A stretch of DNA of 64,000 nucleotides from Amoebidium appalachense. Its lineage: Eukaryota > Protista > Ichthyosporea. Of this stretch, positions 43,722-64,000 are shown piece after piece. Where the stretch lies: assembly GCA_963693365.1 (NCBI GenBank), contig CAVNZM010000006.1:1612001-1676000 (forward strand). The letters run 5' to 3'. The translations under genes were made by a program, and so were the position numbers. Each line of letters starts with the position of its first letter. Position 1 is the stretch's first letter. Under the pieces are notes generated by a model. That model had not been told where the DNA came from. It ran no database searches and saw nothing but the letters and a program-made list of their open reading frames with translations.

Positions 43722-46369
43722 GTTTATGATATATAATAGACGTCGAATGGTGGGTTCGACGCGCACAAAAGGTGAATTGTAAGTAGCTGGTGCTGCTGTG
43801 CAATGAAAAGGTTTGCGGGAACCCAAAGTATATATACCTACAACGATCTGCCCGGCTATGATTTGATTGGATGTCCGGGTATCACGTTGAATCCCGTCGC
43901 AGTTGAACGGGGGTACATGCTAGCTTGTCGTGAAATTACATAATTATGAAACATCAACAGGCTATATACTAAGCCAGAATGCAAAAAAACAAAAGAAACA
44001 AAAAACGGATAATCTCTTCCCGTGTAACTTAAGCTACAAATAAGTGTCTTAATCTTTAACCAGTTTAGTTTCTGGGATACCAAACTTCGGAGTTTCTAAC
44101 GTCTTGACTTTTCCTGCCTTTTTGGTTGAAAAGAGCCACCTGCATTCTTTGCTCTACAGGGATTCTATCGGTGCAGCCGCAAACGAATCATCAAGAGCTG
44201 AGCCTCTTTACAACAAACCAATCAAATCTCTATATTCGTTTAGGGTGCTTTCCAAATCCAAACCAGAGACGAGTTCATAAAGTAAATATATGGCTTACTT
44301 ATTAGGTCTACCCAAAAACATTACGAGGAAAAAGGCTAAGGTATCGAATATCGTGCTATTTGGAGCTTTGTTCGAGGCACAGCAGCTTACAAAAGAAGCT
44401 ATATTGGTGATCACTTTTGCATTTCTCAGATTCGAGTGATAAATTGATAATCGGATATCACATTGATTGGTCCTTAATCCCACCAATAGACTAGTAGCTT
44501 CAAGAGCACCCAATCAAAATACATCCCCCTTGATTTGTTTGTGCTACATCACCCCTCCCGTACATTCTTTTCAAAACCTACAGTAGTAGCGCCGGCATCA
44601 AGGGGGATGGATTGATCAAGTGAGTCTACGGACTAGGCTAAATACAGTATCATTATTAGACAATATTATTATTACTATTATTCATTATTTACTATTATTT
44701 ATATTTTGATAGAGACGCTGCGGCTGCGTTGAGTGCGCTCTTTATGAAATCTACTACGGATATGTTAGCTTGTGACATCGCAGTCTTTAAATTTGGTGAC
44801 TCCGTATATACTGGCGTGTCACGTACTTGTACGGCCCGGATCCACGTGTACGTGTCTGGCATGTGGTTGTGATAAGCGCGGGTGGGCCACCAAAAGCCAC
44901 TTGTGTAGTTGCGAGCCGTTGACTTTCTGTAGTAACAACCAATAAGTAGTACCTACCTGGAGAACCCAGAAATTCTTCGGGTCCATAATCAAATTGACTA
45001 TACTGTTATGCACACTGGTAACAAGTAGTAGGCCTTCGATCATCGGCTCGCAAAGTAGAACATAGGCCGTGATGGTCGTGTCGATCACACGGCCAGGGCC
45101 GTGCAAACATTAGGGCTCGTGCAGATCACACAGTGAGTGGCCCGCCAACCCTTTCTACCTGAATCGACTGCATTTACACCCACTGGCATTCAGAAACTTT
45201 TTATTAAGAATAACGGTACCTTCAGACCCTCCCTGCAAGCACTCTGGGCCAGTCGATCGAGGCAGCATCATGTGAGGCTTCGTCGAATGGTGAGGCTCAG
45301 CTCGAGAGTGCCAAGTTATTCAATGGAATATTCCATGCACGAGTAAGCCACCATCGCCCACTTTAATGCTTTGTGAAGCCTTTCTTGAACAGCATCGATA
45401 TCTGGCTTTTGGTGCACCATCTGACACCACGTTGACCCGGTCCGAACTCTGTTTGTCATGCGCACAGCTTTCACTAGAATTGCACTCTCTCCGGCAAACC
45501 GGGATCAGTTTGACGGGAGAACTCGGAGGCCGCGGCCCACATTGAAGACAGCCACGTCTTCTGTCACACCGGTACCGGTACCAGCATGCAGTGCACCCGA
45601 GTACACGAGTCAGACATCCATTTGTACAACTAGATTGATCACACGATGTTTTCTTTTCAGAATCCCGGATTTCGCCATACTGCCAGAAACTTTAGGGCGT
45701 TTTCAAAAAGGCTGCAGTTTAAATGTGGTGGGCCAGCCACCATGGCGCAACCTAAGAATCAATGGTGTAATTGCTGTCACGACTTGGAATGATATGCCAT
45801 AATAAACCAGATTTCAGGCCCACTCGACCATATATGATACAAGCCTCCCCCCTCGCCCCCCCCCCTCCTTCCCCCTCCCCCGCTTATGTGCGCGACCACG
45901 CCTAAGAAATAGAAAAAAGGAGGAAGGAAAGAAGAAAATTCAAAGAGAAAAAAAAAAGCGGACGTCTATTAAAGGAGAGAAAGGCAAGAGGCTAGAGGGG
46001 GCGGAGGTGAGGGAAAGTGAGAGAAATGTCACACACACAGAAACAGATCTGCATGACCAAACAAGAAGATTAAAGCCTCGATATGACCTTCACTATTCAT
46101 TGGAATCACATCTATCGGCAAGCCGACTCTAACACAAACAAGGAAACCTACAGTGTGTCTACTTCAGTACAATCTCCATTGTGTAAGTGCGGGGGCCTCA
46201 GCTACTTGGGTGTGTTGTGGCCTGATATTTCCACATTCTCGTAGTAATACTATTAAGTGTGCGAGTTACTGCCGTGCAATATGAGACGGTGTGGCTTGTT
46301 GTAAAACACACCGGAAACGCTGTGGGTTATGTTTGACATGCATATAATAGTGATATGGTGGGTGGGTGG

Positions 46370-61709
<15,340 letters not shown>

Positions 61710-62299
61710 GTTTCCTACTGACTCCCTTAAACCCCTACGGCTAAGACGCTGTATCTACCGATGTTTCAACTGTTTTTTGCAACCAGTGTCGTCAATATAG
61801 TCTAATAAACTTTACAATAAGCATGTGAAAGTAATCTATTATACCAGCTGACTATAATCTTCAACCTAACTGGCCACCGAGGTCCGCAAAACCTGCACAC
61901 AGTTTGAAGTTTCGTGTGTACATGTGCCGATCGAGTGAGCCGGTACATGTGAGATACGACAAGCTACCGGTATAAATCGAAGGGTGAAACCGAAAAAAGG
62001 TAATAGGGGTTCTTTAGGATCTTTTTAAATTGATAACGGGGGGTTGAAGCGCATTTGTTCAACAACACAGGAATCGAAATTGGTGTAGCCCTATGACGTC
62101 ATGATTGCGCAAACGTTTTGGTGCGACAGTGTTCGACCTCTGATATTCGGTGAGTGACCGACCTCTGATGGTATCGCCCCCTATCGCACATGTCGCCCCG
62201 TTCAACTTTTTACATGTCAGGTAGTTGGCCAGTGTTCAAATCATATTAGAGCCTCTTCCTCTCCCCCACCGTCTCCCTCTTTCTCCTACGATCTCTATC

Positions 62300-62334
<35 letters not shown>

Positions 62335-63076
62335 AAACACACACATATCAATAGCTCGCCCCCACCGTCACCCTAGCCCTCTAATATTAGCTCTCTCTTT
62401 TATGATCTTTATCTCAGGGCTCTTCTTCCCCTGCCCCTTCCCCCCCCCCCCCCTCCCCAGCCTCCCCCTTTCCCCCCCCGGGGCCCCTTATATTAAATGG
62501 AGCAACGCATGGCCGGGCCCCGTTCATGTAGATCATAGTCAACCGGCTGCCACAAACCACCCGGATCCGTGGCAGCAGCTGAACATTCATTCTTTTTAAT
62601 TTGCAGACCAATCAAATACATTACATTCGTGTACGGGCCAGTTCATGCTGTGTGTGGTATCCTGGGCAGCATAATATTCACTAACACTTCAAATCTCACT
62701 TTCATGCAAATATCTATTCAATTCTTTCGGTTTCGTACAAAAAGGCAAAAAAAAGAAAACATCGATATCATTCGTTACGGAGCACCTTTTACAGACAAAC
62801 CAGTCAGGCTCCCAGACCGCATGCTATCAACCAATTTGATTATATTGTATCCATTGCAACACACGACTTTCACAATGTTCCTACGTGCTTACTTCCACGT
62901 TGTGAATGTTCTGATGTGTTCTGCCCGTGCCTACAAATGGTGCCAAAAAGACAACAGAGATCCGAATATACGATGTCCATGTCAATTTGGATACACCAAG
63001 CAACCATGGTCATAGCTCCAGACCTTTCTTGCCTGCATATGTTTTCTCACCGCACATTTTGTATGCAGGCAGTAAA

Positions 63077-63494
63077 TCAGTCCTCGTCCTCAGGCACCTC
63101 GGCTGGGTCCAAGACCTCAGCTGTGATGCAGTCAGCCAGCTCTCTCAGGGCCACACGTAGCTGCCGCAGTTGCTCCTCTGTACGGGCACACCCTCAGTCC
63201 CCATCCTAGTCACTGACAACACACTGCCTGCCTGCCTGCCCTCACAGGTGCTAACAGGCACAAGCACAAACATGCATGCACATATGCACTCAGCAGCACG
63301 GACTTTGTCATTCCATTCACGAAGAAGATATTAGACAAGAGAGAAGCATATATTTAACCTATTACACACACCCCCTCCCCCCTCCCCCTCCTCCCCCCCC
63401 CCCCCCCCCCCCAATATATATATATATATACATACACACACACACATATATATATACATACATAATACTAACCCTCCACCCTCCCCCCTCCCCC

Positions 63495-63525
<31 letters not shown>

Positions 63526-64000
63526 AAAAAACCTTAAACACCACCAGTGCCATCACCCCACCCCGGTGATAGCAGACGAAAGAGTGGAAATATATTTTTT
63601 TTTCTTCTTTCCTTTTTCTCTTCTTTTCTTTTTTTATTTTTTTTGGGGGGGGGGAGAGGGAGGGGGGGGGGGGGGGGGGGGGGGAGAGGGGGGAGGGATT
63701 AAGGGGGGAAGAGGGGGAGGGAGGTAAGGCGGGCAGGCAGGGGGGAAAGGGTGGGGGGGGGGGGGGGGGGGGGGGGAGGGGCCAGGAATGGCGGAGAGAA
63801 GGAGAAGAGGGAGGGGAGAAGAGAGGGGAGGAGTGTGTGTGTGGGGGGGGGGGGGGGGGGGGGGGAGGAGGAGAGAGTGGGAGAGAGGGCGAGAGAGAAG
63901 GGAGAGAAAGACAAGCAGCACGTAACTAAGGAGCGAAGTAAACAGTGCACCCACCGCCTTTCTTGACCTCTGCCTCAAGTCGTTCAGCCGCCTGCTTGTT
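63077..64000 (-). CDS. MED21: 3' end of a Mediator subunit MED21/SRB7-like gene (last two exons; continues off the right edge)
   Basis: Exons >64000-63955 and 63177-63077 join in phase 1 to give NKQAAERLEAEVKKGEEQLRQLRVALRELADCITAEVLDPAEVPEDED*, which matches the MED21 C-terminal coiled-coil pattern N..AA..LE..V..G...L..I..AL..IA as I recall it. Confidence 0.65.

Noticed and set aside
41328-43736. 802-aa plus-strand ORF
   Set aside because: It is the in-register antisense shadow of the high-GC3 CD36-family gene, with no recognisable motifs
63178-63210. In-frame TGA (GAC TGA GGG TGT) upstream of the last MED21-like exon, suggesting selenocysteine
   Set aside because: The phase-compatible acceptor is at 63178/63179, so the TGA is intronic

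Overview
Intron-dense eukaryotic genomic DNA, probably from a unicellular opisthokont such as an ichthyosporean-like protist (inferred from the nuclear ATP synthase alpha gene and the animal/fungal-like proteins). Almost every intron carries long poly-G/poly-C runs and (CA)n/(GT)n microsatellites, and these generate most of the ORF track as artefacts. Genes read by hand, in order: the 5' part of an acidic low-complexity nuclear protein (IWS1/LEO1-like, minus strand); a roughly 35-exon ATG2 (3884-29391, minus) hosting an intronic tRNA-Glu(TTC), a 1.4-kb TIR/TSD-bounded non-autonomous DNA transposon and a 178-bp fold-back element; a divergently transcribed mitochondrial ATP synthase alpha gene (30332-35830, plus) with two apparent single-G insertions; a poorly defined orphan gene at about 37.8-41.0 kb; an intronless, unusually long CD36/LIMP-2-family gene (41364-43721, minus); BOP1/ERB1 (46370-61709, minus); and the 3' end of a MED21-like gene. 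The two most notable signals are (i) two independent cases of an exon plus one of its splice sites copied in inverted orientation less than 1 kb away, and (ii) a positional 'repeat grammar' in introns, with poly-C right after 5' splice sites and complementary (GT)n/(CA)n blocks at opposite intron ends. Assembly artefacts cannot be excluded from the sequence alone.
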